Below are positions 62,996 through 64,000 of a DNA stretch of 64,000 bases, piece by piece. A model generated the notes under the pieces. That model was not told where the DNA came from, did no database searches, and saw only the letters and a program-made list of their open reading frames with translations. The stretch comes from Fimbriosthenelais zetlandica (lineage: Eukaryota), in assembly GCA_977030845.1 (NCBI GenBank), contig OZ365118.1, forward strand, positions 20,646,001 to 20,710,000. The letters are read 5' to 3'. A program made the translations under genes and the position numbers. Each line of letters begins with the position of its first letter. Positions within the stretch are counted from its first letter, which is position 1.

Positions 62996-64000
62996 CTTCA
63001 CTGGTAGATGAAGAATGACTGTTAAATCCTCTACTTCACATATGTATGGCTATATAGGCCTTAATTCCGTTACATTTAACGTCTTTCCTTCTCTCCATTT
63101 AGCTATAGGTCTAGGTTAATATCTCCAAGTGTGAGGAAGGCAAAATATCGTCAAATGGCAGATATGTATGTGGCATAGGCCTATTATGGACTGCCCACTA
63201 AATAATACAAATTCCCTTAGAAATACAATAACAGTCATAGCCTACACAAAATATGTCCTATTTTCCAATAGTGAGGTAGACCTATGTGAGTAGGCGCAGC
63301 CTGTTCTTCTTCATTGACTTGGACTCAGCCAATGAACCATACCGGTTTTCCACTGAAAAAGGGCGTCCTTTCCTCCTTCAAGATATCCCTCACAATGCAC
63401 AGAATAGTTACACATTCTTATAATCCAAAATGATACCACTGCTTTAGCAGATGCAAATCCGTTGAACATTTAGGAATACTCCATGCATGGTAAAGATCTC
63501 CTTCCATATAAGTGTTAAAAAGTGATTATCAGGTACATGTACAAAGGTGCTTGTACAGTGAATGGCTGGCTAGTCGCTAACAACTAAACGTATATCAAAG
63601 GTAGGCCTATGGGATAAGTAGGCCAGTGTGATCGCCTGCCCATTTTCACAGCTAAACCTTGGCTCACCTGGTAAGTCCTTGCTTGATCAGGGGAAGGCTA
63701 GACATTATATACAGCTGAGGTATGGTCAGGCTTTTCTTAGCCTAACTTTTGAGTAATATATCGACGCGCGCACATTTTGTTGAAGTTCTGCAAAAATATT
63801 CACTCAAATAACACCAAAAATCTTTGAATATAACTTATATTAGAAATGATGTCATTTATAAGTGCCCTCCCAGCCATAAGTAATAGTCAGTCCTTGAATG
63901 CCAATGGGACCCAATGTTATGCGGGGATCCACGCTCCAAGTGGTCATCTTAAGATCTTACAACTTTAAAAGATGATTGCTCATTTGTCGTGATTACATAT

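Noticed and set aside
61958-63001. ORF-track 347-aa protein as a complete gene
   Set aside because: Its last residues (VSIFSLAVVF) are intron read-through past the donor at 61991; it is the first coding exon of the CNBD2-like gene.

Overview
Eukaryotic, AT-rich, intron-rich DNA from an invertebrate animal, most likely a lophotrochozoan (annelid- or nemertean-like; inferred from the multi-copy DH44/ELH precursor, not proven). I assembled exons by hand from GT-AG sites and frame continuity. Gene order: (1) the 3' part of dachshund (+; four coding exons 17543-25511, preceded by at least 17.5 kb of intron); (2) a candidate spliced antisense lncRNA (-) starting at the UNC50 promoter; (3) UNC50 (+; 7 coding exons, 281 aa); (4) a 6-exon, ~1539-aa gene (-) with an N-terminal Scm3/HJURP-type CENP-A-binding motif, a 4.1-kb low-complexity exon and a C-terminal four-cysteine cluster; (5) a 530-aa DH44/ELH/CRF-family neuropeptide precursor (-) with 14 amidated peptide copies; (6) a CNBD2-like cyclic-nucleotide-binding protein (-; 16 coding exons, ~948 aa). 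The best lead is gene 4, a candidate invertebrate centromeric-histone chaperone with an architecture like the large fungal Scm3 proteins. The ORF track hides it because the diagnostic domain is split over three small exons. Family comparisons are from memory; no database search was run.
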